A DNA stretch of 64,000 nt from Peptococcaceae bacterium UBA5757 (lineage in GTDB: Bacteria; Bacillota; Dehalobacteriia; UBA4068), in NCBI GenBank assembly GCA_002418965.1, contig DIFD01000012.1, positions 21,845 through 85,844 of the forward strand, read 5' to 3'. This document shows, piece after piece, positions 9,665 to 19,592 of this stretch; within the stretch, counting starts at the first letter, position 1; every line of letters starts with the position of its first letter. Below the pieces are notes generated by a model that had not been told where the DNA came from, did no database searches, and saw only the letters and a program-made list of their open reading frames with translations. A program made the translations under genes and the position numbers.

Positions 9665-10930
9665 TTAAGCAACTGCCTCTTGGTTTCCTGCTCTCTTAGC
9701 TAAAATAGCGGGTGCGGTTTCATAGTAGAATATACCAAGTACAAAACAAACTATGGCCATGCCAAGGTCTAACACCAGGATCGACTGAAGACCATATGTC
9801 TGACCCAAGATACCGGCAATTGCAGTACCTACAACGCCGCCCCCCAACTCGCCGAAAGCCATGATGGTACCGATAGCGGTCCCGGCAGCTTTTAAACCAA
9901 CGGATTCGGAAGGAATCGTGGACATATACATCGGATGGCATCCAACGCCACTAAAGCCGACAAATACGAGAATAGCAATCAACCAAACGGATGATCCGGG
10001 GACATAAAGCAACCCTATAGGAGTAACAACTGAAAAAATGCTAAAGATTAAAAAAATCGGTTTGCGCCCAAATTTATCAGAAAGGGCAGGGACTACAACG
10101 CCCCAAACAACGCCGCCGGCACCCATAGCCGCGATAACCAAACTCATCGTCGTAGGAGTTAAACCTTTTACGGTTACGAGAAACAAAGGAGCGAAACAGA
10201 CGAGCAACATATACCAGCCAATATAGAATGGACTCATAATAAAAGATATGAGAGCGTTCCGGTTTTTAAAGACGACAAGTGGGGAGACCCTTTCCGCAGC
10301 TTCTACTTCAGGTTTCTTTTTGTCCGGATATGGCTCTTTTAAAGTCTTAAAAATAAATAATACTAGGATAAGTCCTGGGATGATCGTTAAGAAGAATGTC
10401 ATTCTCCAGTTAAATGCTTGAGCCAAAGCGACCAAAACAATCGGTCCGAAAACAACCGCAAAAAGGGACGGAGCCGTGCCTTGAATCAAACCCATGTTCA
10501 TACCACGGCGTTTCGGAGACGATTGGGCAATCAAGATCGATTGAGCAAGAGGAAGCGTGGGTCCTTCAAATATACCCATGATCAGACGGATAGCAAATAA
10601 GCTAACATAGCCTTTTGCTAAGCCTGTAGAAAACGAGAAAACGGAGAATAAAAGGATCATCACTCCCAGAAAAAGTCTCTTTTTATTGTAAAATTTATCG
10701 GAAAGCCAACCACCCAAATATCCAGAAATCGCCCAAGTAAAGGCAAAACCGGACAGAATAAAGCCAAACTGTGCCGTATTAATCCCTAAGTCATCCAATA
10801 CGAAAACACTCAAGAAATTTAAGGCTTGCCTATCCAACATAACAAAACCAAAGACACAGAATAAGATGACCACCATCTTTCCTTCGTATCCCTTGGCATA
10901 CTTAGAGACACCATTTTGATTTTCCATCAT
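9665..10930 (-). CDS. MFS transporter
   Basis: 12 predicted TM helices; MFS motifs GxLSDKFGRK in loop 2-3 and 8-9. Confidence 0.85.
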   Translation of the reverse strand: MMENQNGVSKYAKGYEGKMVVILFCVFGFVMLDRQALNFLSVFVLDDLGINTAQFGFILSGFAFTWAISGYLGGWLSDKFYNKKRLFLGVMILLFSVFSFSTGLAKGYVSLFAIRLIMGIFEGPTLPLAQSILIAQSSPKRRGMNMGLIQGTAPSLFAVVFGPIVLVALAQAFNWRMTFFLTIIPGLILVLFIFKTLKEPYPDKKKPEVEAAERVSPLVVFKNRNALISFIMSPFYIGWYMLLVCFAPLFLVTVKGLTPTTMSLVIAAMGAGGVVWGVVVPALSDKFGRKPIFLIFSIFSVVTPIGLLYVPGSSVWLIAILVFVGFSGVGCHPMYMSTIPSESVGLKAAGTAIGTIMAFGELGGGVVGTAIAGILGQTYGLQSILVLDLGMAIVCFVLGIFYYETAPAILAKRAGNQEAVA

Positions 10931-11110
10931 AATACCTCACTTTCAATAATTACTAAAATAGTTTCTTCCATGCTTCAATACAAACCCCAGTGATTTCAAT
11001 CTTGTCTCCTTCCAATTCATAGCCATTATCATTCGGTTTTAGTTTTTCTTCTTTACGGGGCAGGTTGAATTTCTGACTGCAAACGGACCTCAGTACTTTA
11101 ACTTATTTCA

Positions 11111-11440
11111 GTGAAAAAGTGCGGTTTTGAAGTACCTTTCGTTATCGTTATGGGCAAGGAAGAATGCGCTCTCTTAGGCTGCCAATGGACGTTGTCCCAA
11201 GCAGAACTAGTGCTTGCTGAGATTCACCAAAGGGACCTGAATCTGACAACCATCTTTGTCATCCATGCGCATCTGGATCATTATTTAGCCGCCGCCGTGT
11301 TTAAAAACGCGTACCCGAATGCCAAGTTAGTTGCACCCTCTGATGCTTGCAGAATCATTAATAAGCAGTTCACGGATAAAGCGGATTATTTGGAAGAAGT
11401 TATTGGAAAATACAACCTTCCCGTAAAGAAGAAAAACTAA
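11111..11440 (+). pseudogene. fragment of an MBL-fold metallo-hydrolase
   Basis: Only the HxHxDH core (VIHAHLDHY) plus ~40 flanking residues; far too short for the fold and no proper N-terminus. Confidence 0.45.
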
Positions 11441-11834
11441 AACCAAATGATACTTCCTACAATCCACCTCCCCTTTTAATTAAACTCAAAACAAATCCAA
11501 GTGCTCTTCATCCCAATCCCAGTCGTCCAGTCTTTTTGTTCTTTAAATAGATTAGAATTCATCTTATGGATGATAAGACTGCTGGCATTAGAAAAACATT
11601 GCGTTATAGCATAGTAAAATCTTTCCACACATCATCATCAAGAGATTGGCACGGAGCTTTGCTAAAAAAAGGCGCAAAAAATTAAAGGGTACCTCCCCTC
11701 TTTGATTTTTTCTACGGAAGTAACAAAATTTGTCCCACCGAAAGTCAAGAAAAGAAGGGGATCAATATACCGATAGCTTAATGGATTAAGTTGTCGTCTT
11801 TCTAAAATATTTATAATTGATGGTTATCTTGTAG

Positions 11835-13136
11835 CTATTTTACAACTATATCATCAAAAAACATTCGATATTCAGAAGGGGTAACGGCAAAATGATTTTT
11901 AAAATATTGTTGAAACAACTGAAAGTCGTTAAACCCGACTTCCCTGGCGACATCAGCTAGCGATTTTTCTTTATTTAGCATGATTTCGGCAGCAAGCAGT
12001 ATTCGACAGGTATTGATATAATGCTTAATGGTCGTTCCCGTTTCGGTCTTAAATGCACGACAAAGATAGCTGACGTCAAAATTTAGGTCGTTGGCAATCG
12101 TATTCACACTGATATCCATTAAGCAGTTCTTTTTTATATACTCTTTTGTTTTCCCTGCTATTGAATCTAAATCATTTCCTTGATAAGTATTTATAAGTTC
12201 AATATATATATTGCTAAAATAATGCATTGTTATCGAATATAATAAAGCTTTATCTTGGATCTTTGATATATGATCAAGAAAATTACTATATACAAGGAAA
12301 ATTTCTTTTGTAATAACAAAATCACCCGACGCAACAATATGTTGCCAAAGCTCGCAAAACAATCCTACAATATGGCCTTTTGCTGTCATCCCTATTTCTT
12401 TGTAAAAAGGCTGTGTAATTAGTTTTTCAAAACAATCTTTTGCTAAAAGATAATCTTCTGCTGCAATATATTTCAGGATCTCGTCAATGGTTTTATTAAC
12501 AAAAGCAATGGTTTTAATAATTCTCTTTTTATCATCGATCGCATCGAATATCTGTTCAGGAAAGTCTTCATTTGGGCTCATATTAGATTCCGGTTTAAAA
12601 CAGCACAGTATATTCTCCGTATCCGGTTGCATTTGTTCTATATCTGCAGGGTAGCTATATTTTACGATATTATATAACAACTGCGTTGCATATTGTGCAT
12701 TTGCAAAAGAAACACAAGGACATTTCTTACTACAGTTTCGCATCTCTTCGCTGATTTTACCCATCATCAAAGTATTTTGTTTCTCTTTAATAATGATGTC
12801 CGCACTTTCAGTATTAATTGGTCCGCCGAAAAAAATAATACGATTATTATCCGTCGTTACTGCTTCCACCGCGCAAAACATAAACATACCCGGACAAAAA
12901 AATACATACGGTTTGGAAATTGAATCCATAACTCTGATGACATTCTCTAAGCCGGATTCCAACGATACGCTCAGACGGAAAAAACAACAATCTACCCTTT
13001 CCAAAACATATGAATCAAAGGTCTGGTTTTCTTCTAAGTAAATAACCGTACAATCAATTCCTGTTATGTTGCGAAAGCTTTCGACCAATATTTTTTCTTT
13101 CGCCTGACACTTAATAGAAGCATTTAATTTGTACAT
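11835..13136 (-). CDS. AraC-family transcriptional regulator
   Basis: C-terminal double HTH_AraC (..DVAREVGFNDFQLFQQYFKNHFAVTPSEYR); novel N-terminal domain. Confidence 0.8.
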   Translation of the reverse strand: MYKLNASIKCQAKEKILVESFRNITGIDCTVIYLEENQTFDSYVLERVDCCFFRLSVSLESGLENVIRVMDSISKPYVFFCPGMFMFCAVEAVTTDNNRIIFFGGPINTESADIIIKEKQNTLMMGKISEEMRNCSKKCPCVSFANAQYATQLLYNIVKYSYPADIEQMQPDTENILCCFKPESNMSPNEDFPEQIFDAIDDKKRIIKTIAFVNKTIDEILKYIAAEDYLLAKDCFEKLITQPFYKEIGMTAKGHIVGLFCELWQHIVASGDFVITKEIFLVYSNFLDHISKIQDKALLYSITMHYFSNIYIELINTYQGNDLDSIAGKTKEYIKKNCLMDISVNTIANDLNFDVSYLCRAFKTETGTTIKHYINTCRILLAAEIMLNKEKSLADVAREVGFNDFQLFQQYFKNHFAVTPSEYRMFFDDIVVK

Positions 13137-13261
13137 TTTCTATGTCCTTTCCCCAAAAAACAGACGAAGCAAAATGCCAATTTCTATTTATAATCATATT
13201 GTATCTTCTATATTGTATGGTAGTCAATATAATAACCCCCCGCTCTTAAAAGAAGTCAAAA

Positions 13262-13294
13262 AGAGTCCCAAATGTCAATTTGGGACTCTTTTAC
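13262..13294. terminator. bidirectional hairpin terminator between the IS remnant and the araC-type gene
   Basis: GAGTCCCAAA-tgtcaa-TTTGGGACTC perfect 10 bp stem with T-runs on both strands. Confidence 0.6.
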
Positions 13295-13305
13295 AAAGAC
13301 TAAGA

Positions 13306-14245
13306 TTGAAAGGGCAAGTATTTTGTGGACAAAAAGTTAAGTTAATTTGAGGAAATAGGTTTTTCAAATTAGACAGGAGTCATATAACCAATGGATGAGT
13401 GTTTTCTCTTTGTATTGTAATATAGCTCAATATATTTAAATACTTACATTTTGCATGTTCTGTAGAACGATTCATCAAAGCATTATCATACGGGTTCCCT
13501 TTGCAGCCCATGCTTGAGATCCCGCCATGTTTTTTCACAGTCTGAAGAAATTCGTCGCTGGTATATTGCGGGCCTCTGTCTGTATGCACTACCAACCCAG
13601 GTTCGGGATTCTCACGGTTTATCGCCTGCGTAAATGCGGAAATGCTCAGCTTTTCTTTTAAGTGGGTATCCATAGCCCAGCCTAGCACTTTTCTGGTGAA
13701 TACATCTATAAAGACTGCCAATTACAAAAAGGATTTTTGCGTTGGTATATATGTAATATCTCCCGACCAAATCTTATTTTTGGTGTCTGTTACGAATACT
13801 TAATTAAGCAGGTTGTCAGTTAATGCATATGCCAGATTCTTGCCATAATGACGATATTTCTTGCAGCTACTCATAGCGCGCAAATTTATCTTAACCATCA
13901 ATTTTCTGACTCGTATACGATTGGTAATGATGTTTTTGTCTTTAAGAGCCATCACTATCCGTTTGCTGCCATATCTCCCCTTATGTTCCTCAAATTTAGC
14001 CACCGGACTGCCGTTACCGGGAAAGGCGTTTTCCCCTCTTGTTTCGTATTCAATGATCCATCTGTAGAGTGTGTTTTCGTGAATTCCAAGTTCCTTCGCA
14101 ACTCCGGCAACTGTTCTGCCCTCTTGAAGCACTAATTGAATCGCTGCTATTTTATATTGCCAATCAAATCTCCTTCTGGGCATGGACACACCTCCAAACT
14201 ACTAAATTTTCTTAACTATGTGTCCACCAAATTATATCACCTCCA
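13306..14245 (-). mobile_element. internally deleted IS3-family element (relative of the intact copy at 16704-17953)
   Basis: orfA-like HTH ORF 13800-14189 fused to an orfB N-terminus; orfB C-terminal fragment 13380-13721 (DDE region ..HTDRGPQYTS..); terminal repeats TGGAGGTGATATAATTTGGTGGACACATAGTTAAG / TGAAAGGGCAAGTATTTTGTGGACAAAAAGTTAAG resemble the intact element IRs; ~940 bp versus 1250 bp. Confidence 0.7.
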
Positions 14246-14332
14246 ATATGAGTCAACTATCTTGACTCCACAAAAGTGATAAGGTTCCCCTCCTTACACT
14301 TCACCGGAATATCAATATACATTATATTTTTG

Positions 14333-14361
14333 TTGACAATCGGGCGCATGTGTGTTATTAT
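14333..14361 (+). promoter_or_regulatory. sigma-A promoter TTGACA-17-TATTAT
   Basis: TTGACA 14333-14338, TATTAT 14356-14361, 17 nt spacer. Confidence 0.45.
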
Positions 14362-14367
14362 AATAAT

Positions 14368-14622
14368 GGTGTTTGCGGCGCCAGTGCCGTACTAACCAAA
14401 GTAGTGTTCTTAGTTTTATGTGAATTTAATTAATATTCTTTAGGTTAATTTAGTAATAGTTAGTGATAATTAGTATTATGTTGAGTTTAAATAGTGTTCT
14501 TTAAGTTTATTTAGTAATTAGTTTCTAACGCTTTTTTTGTATTGCATTGGCGCTGTTAAATACCATTTATACTATTTGGGAACATACAACCGGAGCAGGT
14601 CAAACCTCTCCGGTTGTTTTTT
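14368..14622 (+). ncRNA. candidate small RNA (promoter-to-terminator unit with no ORF over 8 codons)
   Basis: Transcript predicted from the promoter above to the strong terminator at 14587-14622; body is AT-rich with direct repeats TAGTGTTCTT(T)AGTTT..TTAGTAAT. Confidence 0.3.
14587..14622 (+). terminator. strong rho-independent terminator
   Basis: ACAACCGGAG-caggtcaaacct-CTCCGGTTGT followed by TTTTTT. Confidence 0.75.
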
Positions 14623-14913
14623 AATGCCGCTTTAGCGTTACTATAGACCCTTATACATGATTAAATGATTTTTGGTTAAAGATGACAATAATAAGTAAAA
14701 TTTCAGTAATCAAACCCTTTATCCTCCTATAATTTAAAAACAGTTTTAATACCTATTTATTTTTGTATATAAAGAAAAAACTTATATACAAAAGTGATAG
14801 GCTTCCACTAGCAAAATTATTTATAATTTATATCCGACTTTGGAATACTTGAAAGGTGATATAAACACCAATAAGACATCTATCAAAAAAAATGATGTTT
14901 AGGAGGAATTCAA

Positions 14914-15072
14914 ATGGCTAAGGCAGGTATGAGGCGTCCTGATCCCAAAGACCCCCACGGAACAGAAAGCAATCATAAAAACCACTTCCCCAAAAATGAG
15001 GTGCCACCTGTTCCGGAGATACAGGGAAAAGCAAAACACAAAGAAAAAGCTAACCCTATCATGTACGAATAA
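14914..15072 (+). CDS. small hydrophilic protein, 52 aa (MAKAGMRRPDPKDPHGTESNHKNHFPKNEVPPVPEIQGKAKHKEKANPIMYE); absent from the ORF track
   Basis: Perfect AGGAGG RBS 7 nt upstream of ATG 14914; lysine/proline-rich low-complexity protein, reminiscent of small spore or stress proteins. Confidence 0.45.
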   Translation: MAKAGMRRPDPKDPHGTESNHKNHFPKNEVPPVPEIQGKAKHKEKANPIMYE

Positions 15073-15333
15073 TCCGATCTATCCGCATGATAGCAACACG
15101 ATGCTTACTTTGTATTGCTTATCCCACCAACAATAAGACTCAAAAACTGTAATCACTTGGGCAAGCACACATCCTTAACGCTTGCCTTTTTTCTGTTCAT
15201 CTTGCCAATCTATCTTAATCTTATCAATATATCATGGTTACCCATCTATAAACCACACCTAGAATATTTTTTGACCCATTTCCCCTTCCGATCAGCCACC
15301 ACACTCGTATGCCCCGTAAACCACATAAAAAGC

Positions 15334-16476
15334 TTAGGCTTTTTTTCCCTCAATTACTTGTCCTTCGCGCATCTGTATCTCCATTATGCTTATACCAAAA
15401 GCGTTTTGATATTTTTTTATTAGAGGTAGTTCACGTTCTGTAATGATGGATATGGACAATCCCGGCGCGCTACCGCGACCGGTTCTTCCGGAGCGATGAA
15501 GATAATCGAGGGGATCACCTGGGATACTTAGGCTAAATATAATCTCAATATCCTCGATGTGAAGACCTCTTGCTGCGATGTCTGTAGCAATCAGTAATTG
15601 TAACTTCCCACTTGCAAAATCGGCCATTACATTCTTGCGAACCTCTTTTGTCTTTGCGCCTTGAATACTCTCAGCGTTAAGATGATGATACTTCAGCTTA
15701 GAGGTGGCAACTTCAATTTCATCTACATCATTAATAAAAGCAATGGTACGATTTGGCTTTAAGATAAAGACAAGCTTTCGCAGTGTATCTATTTTATCTC
15801 TTTCCTCAACAACAATATACCTGTGTTCAATATTCTCCGGTATCTTCAGGACTTGATTTGTTTTAATGATTTCCGGATTTTTTGCAATTTCTGCCGCTAT
15901 TCTAAATGTTGTATCAGAAATACTGGCCGATAACATGATTATTTGCGTATCACGCATAGTTGCTTTAACAATGGCTTTGACCCCTTCGATATTCTCCTTT
16001 TTGAGCATTTTGTCGGCCTCGTCTATGACAATGGTTTTAATCGTATGAGCAGTAATCTTTTTCTGCTTAATTAGCTCAATGATCCTGCCTGTTGTGCCAA
16101 TAATAATTTGAGGTTTTTCTCTTAATCTTTCAATCTGAGATTTAATGTTCACCTCGCCAAATATCACGATTGATTTGAGTGTAATCCCGGAATTTATTGA
16201 AAGTGTTTCAACCTGGTGATGAACCTGCATTGCAAGCTCATGCGTTGGCACGATTACGATAACCTGCATCATACGGAGGGGAAGGGGTTGTCCCACATAG
16301 ATGGGAAGCAGATACGCAAGCGTCTTGCCTGATCCTGTTTCTGACTGTATGACAAGATTTTTGTTTTCAATTATTTGCGGTATAGCTTGCTCTTGCACGG
16401 CAGTAGGTGTGATAATACCCTGCATGGCGAGACCTTTTATGATATTTTCACTCAATCCAAGCATTTCAAAATTCAT
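15334..16476 (-). CDS. DEAD-box ATP-dependent RNA helicase
   Basis: Q-motif, SETGSGKT, VIDEADKML (DEAD), SAS, HRSGRTGR motifs; start MNFEMLG at 16476 (the ORF upstream of this is read-through into the IS end). Confidence 0.9.
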   Translation of the reverse strand: MNFEMLGLSENIIKGLAMQGIITPTAVQEQAIPQIIENKNLVIQSETGSGKTLAYLLPIYVGQPLPLRMMQVIVIVPTHELAMQVHHQVETLSINSGITLKSIVIFGEVNIKSQIERLREKPQIIIGTTGRIIELIKQKKITAHTIKTIVIDEADKMLKKENIEGVKAIVKATMRDTQIIMLSASISDTTFRIAAEIAKNPEIIKTNQVLKIPENIEHRYIVVEERDKIDTLRKLVFILKPNRTIAFINDVDEIEVATSKLKYHHLNAESIQGAKTKEVRKNVMADFASGKLQLLIATDIAARGLHIEDIEIIFSLSIPGDPLDYLHRSGRTGRGSAPGLSISIITERELPLIKKYQNAFGISIMEIQMREGQVIEGKKA

Positions 16477-16743
16477 GATAGCAAGTATTCCTTTCCTAAA
16501 TATCATGTGCATATGTTTTAAAGATAGTATATCATATTTTACAGCTGTACACTCTGCCCTAAAAGCATTAATCAATGTCTGCGTCATCATTCGCTTATTT
16601 AATCTTCTGCCCTTGCAAGCATGATGAACATTCCCGACAAAACAAAAAACCCCTTCATCCTGGACTGCTCCCGATCGAATAGACAAATAAGAAAGTGCCC
16701 TATTGGAAGAGTCAAGAAAAACTGGACACAAAGATAAGATTTT

Positions 16744-17505
16744 TTAGGAAATCTGGGCTTCAAATTGGATGGGACTGAGCCACCCGAGGGCTGAATGGAT
16801 CTGCTTTGTGTTGTAGTAGAGTTCAATATATCTGAATATGTCCTGACGAGCTTGTTCGGGATTGTCGTAATTGGTGTCTTGAACAAGCTCTCTTTTTAAA
16901 GTACGGCAAAAAGACTCCATGATTGCATTATCATAAGGATTGCCTTTGCGGCTCATGCTCTGCCGAAAGCCATAGCGCATCAACAATGCTTGAAACCGTT
17001 GTAAAGTGTATTGCGAACCGCGATCCGTATGAACAAGCAGTCCTTCCCCTGGATGCTCCCGGCTAATTGCCTGATTCAGAGCCGAAAGAACCAATGTGTC
17101 GCGCAGCCGGGTATCCATTGCCCAGCCGGTAACTTTCCGTGAATAGATGTCAATAAATACAGCCAGGTAAAGGAAGCCTTGCTTTGTGGGTATATATGTA
17201 ATGTCTCCGACCCAGACCTTGTTACGTTCTTTGGCCGTAAACACACGATTGAGAATGTTTTCCTTTGCTTCATATGGTTTGCCTTTTTGAGGTTTGCGAT
17301 AGACTTTGCGTGTACCCTTGGCAATCAGGCCATGCTCACTCATAAGTTTAGACACTCTTTTGGGATTAACTTTAACACCCTGCTGCTCAAGAACAAGCTG
17401 AATCCGTCTGGCACCATACCTGCTCTTGTTCTCATGGAATATATCCTCGATCATTTCCGTCAAGGCTTCGTTCTCTACGGCTCTTTTGCTCTTTTTACGC
17501 TGCAA
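16744..17505 (-). CDS. IS3-family transposase OrfB (DDE integrase core)
   Basis: WVGDITYIPT..HTDRGSQYT..SMSRKGNPYDNA signature. Confidence 0.85.
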   Translation of the reverse strand: MQRKKSKRAVENEALTEMIEDIFHENKSRYGARRIQLVLEQQGVKVNPKRVSKLMSEHGLIAKGTRKVYRKPQKGKPYEAKENILNRVFTAKERNKVWVGDITYIPTKQGFLYLAVFIDIYSRKVTGWAMDTRLRDTLVLSALNQAISREHPGEGLLVHTDRGSQYTLQRFQALLMRYGFRQSMSRKGNPYDNAIMESFCRTLKRELVQDTNYDNPEQARQDIFRYIELYYNTKQIHSALGWLSPIQFEAQIS

Positions 17506-17597
17506 AAAATCATAGTAACCGGAGCGTGAGATTTTTAAAATCTTACAGGCCTTCTTGATGTTGTATTTGTTTTGGTTCTCTTTGAGAAACAGAAACC

Positions 17598-17858
17598 TTA
17601 CGCATTCTTTTTCTTCAAGAAGGCCTGGAGTTTTTTTAATATTTCGTTCTCCGTCTTCAGCTCGTCTATCTGTTTTTGTAACTTTTTGATCTCGTATGTA
17701 GAGTTAAAAAGTGCATTTCCGTGACCCGGAAATGCACTTTCCCCATATTCGTCATATTCATTGATCCAACGGCGCAGAGTAGTTCCGCTGATGCCCAAAT
17801 CTTTGGCAACTTCACTGACAGACTGATCCACGTTCTGGGCGTGTTTTACTGCGGCCAT
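17598..17858 (-). CDS. IS3-family transposase OrfA (HTH); the original start codon is mutated
   Basis: MAAVKHAQNV..; the solo fragment at 30624-30741 keeps ATG AAA AGA GCA ATC.. (MKRAIYDKQFK MAAVKH), whereas here that ATG is ACG. Confidence 0.75.
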   Translation of the reverse strand: MAAVKHAQNVDQSVSEVAKDLGISGTTLRRWINEYDEYGESAFPGHGNALFNSTYEIKKLQKQIDELKTENEILKKLQAFLKKKNA

Positions 17859-18140
17859 CTTGAAGTGCTTGTCGTAGATTGCTCTTTTCGTTATAATCTG
17901 ACCACCTTTTCATTTGCTCTTAACTTGGTGTCCAGATTATTATACCACTTCCACATATGCATAGAAAGGGTGATGACTAATGCCAATTTTAGGCAGTATA
18001 TACTGTTACCCTAAAAATCTATAAGCAGTGTTTATTTGATATTTTTTGGTAATAAAAGGATGATTCAAGGAATTTGACTTTATCAGCTGGAATAATAAAG
18101 GGTCGAAGTATTCTCATAGAGAAATGGGATGGAGTTTTTT

Positions 18141-18485
18141 ATGACCGGTAATAAAGTAGTAGAGCTCAATTTAGAATATGGCAGTCCCTCTGTATCTGTC
18201 GCCATCCAGAATATGAAAAATGCCTTAACTACATATAAGAAGAGTGGGTATAAAGCTGTTATCGTTATCCATGGTTATGGTTCGACGGGCATAGGTGGTG
18301 GAATCAAGTTGGCTGTAAGAAAATGCCTGGATGATAATTCTATGCGAGGCATCGTAAGGATGTTTGTTGGCGGTGAAGATTGGATAAATAACAAGAGGTC
18401 TATGTTGGACATCTGCCGGGACTTAGAAGGCTACGACCGCAGGATAGCAAATAACAATGGGGTAGTGGTGGTTATTTTGAGGTAG
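18141..18485 (+). CDS. stand-alone Smr-domain protein
   Basis: Smr pattern ..AVIVIHGYGSTGIGGGIKLAVRKCL..; RBS GGATGGAG 6 nt upstream. Confidence 0.6.
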   Translation: MTGNKVVELNLEYGSPSVSVAIQNMKNALTTYKKSGYKAVIVIHGYGSTGIGGGIKLAVRKCLDDNSMRGIVRMFVGGEDWINNKRSMLDICRDLEGYDRRIANNNGVVVVILR

Positions 18486-18626
18486 TTGTTAAAAAACGGC
18501 TCGCCGTACGACCTGATCTCTATGCCGGTTTTAAAAAGTCAATTGCTGCCTTGCGGTTAAAATCGTCAAACGTTAGATAGTCTACCAAAAGAAAATAAAA
18601 TCATCCTGATATAGAGGTAGAACACT

Positions 18627-19289
18627 GTGATTGTGCCAAAGCAAGTTATTCGTACGAAAAGAAAATCAATCGCTTTAATCATCAACAGTTCGGGTGAATT
18701 AATCGTTCGGGCACCATATGTTGTCGGTGATTCTGAAATAAGGGCATTTGTTGAAAAAAAACAAATGTGGATCAAAAAGAAATGTTCGGCCGTAAAAGCG
18801 TTTGACGAGAAACATCTATCAATGACAATAGCTGCCGGAGAAACCTTGGTTTTTCTTGGTAACGAGTATATCATTGATATTTTAGATGGAAAGCAAATCG
18901 TACTAGATGGCAATAAAATATTGATTCCGGACGATAAGAATTCGAAAGAGATGGTTGTCGATTGGCTAAGAGAAAAGGCCATTATTCTATTGCTTAAACG
19001 CACCGATAAATATGCTAAAGTTATGGGAGTAGAACCCGGGAGGATTAAAATCTCTGAAGCGAAAACCCGATGGGGCTCATGCAGTTACAATAATAATTTA
19101 AGCTTTGCGTGGCGACTTGTTATGTGCCCTTATTCAGTCATTGATTATGTTGTTGTTCATGAGCTTTGTCATATTGAACATAAAAACCATAGTAAGGATT
19201 TTTGGCTTAGCGTAAAGTCAATATTGCCAACCTACACCGAGCAAAAAAATTGGTTGAAGACCAATCGAAAATTAATGGAAATGATTTGA
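18627..19289 (+). CDS. YgjP-like (DUF45 / M48-family, SprT-like) zinc metallopeptidase
   Basis: HELCHIEHKNHSKDFW (HExxH...H) near the C-terminus, ~220 aa; GTG start. Confidence 0.8.
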   Translation: MIVPKQVIRTKRKSIALIINSSGELIVRAPYVVGDSEIRAFVEKKQMWIKKKCSAVKAFDEKHLSMTIAAGETLVFLGNEYIIDILDGKQIVLDGNKILIPDDKNSKEMVVDWLREKAIILLLKRTDKYAKVMGVEPGRIKISEAKTRWGSCSYNNNLSFAWRLVMCPYSVIDYVVVHELCHIEHKNHSKDFWLSVKSILPTYTEQKNWLKTNRKLMEMI

Positions 19290-19592
19290 GCCAAGTTTTA
19301 TTGAGGATTTGTTTACGAAATAATACAAAAGAAATTGGGTTTAAGATCAAGAAAATGTCGGGTTATTCCACGTATATAACAAATATTATCCCAGCAAAAT
19401 TTTGAGGTTTTGCTGGGATATTGATTTTATTTCTGATGTCTATTATGTAAAGCTTTGGTGGGACAGGCTTTGATACATTCGGGACTATTAGGTGTGGCTT
19501 ATGGTTTAAAAACAAGTTTGCTGGCTTGCATACAAACGCCACAATTTTTCCTGGCACCTTCTTACTTTTTCGGAGCTAAAATAATTGACTCA

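Larger units (their letters stand above)
16704..17953 (-). mobile_element. IS3-family insertion sequence (1250 bp), essentially intact
   Basis: orfA (HTH) plus orfB (DDE integrase, DTRG..HTDRGSQYT..NPYDN) in -1 frameshift arrangement; ~27 bp imperfect terminal IRs TGGAAGTGGTATAATAATCTGGACACC (left, read on minus) and TGGAAGAGTCAAGAAAAACTGGACACA (right). Confidence 0.85.

Noticed and set aside
17721-18014. 97 aa plus-strand ORF across the IS3 left end, and the similar 84 aa minus-strand ORF at 30488-30742
   Set aside because: Both are antisense read-throughs of the same IS inverted-repeat/orfA sequence; they resemble each other only because the underlying IS DNA is duplicated.
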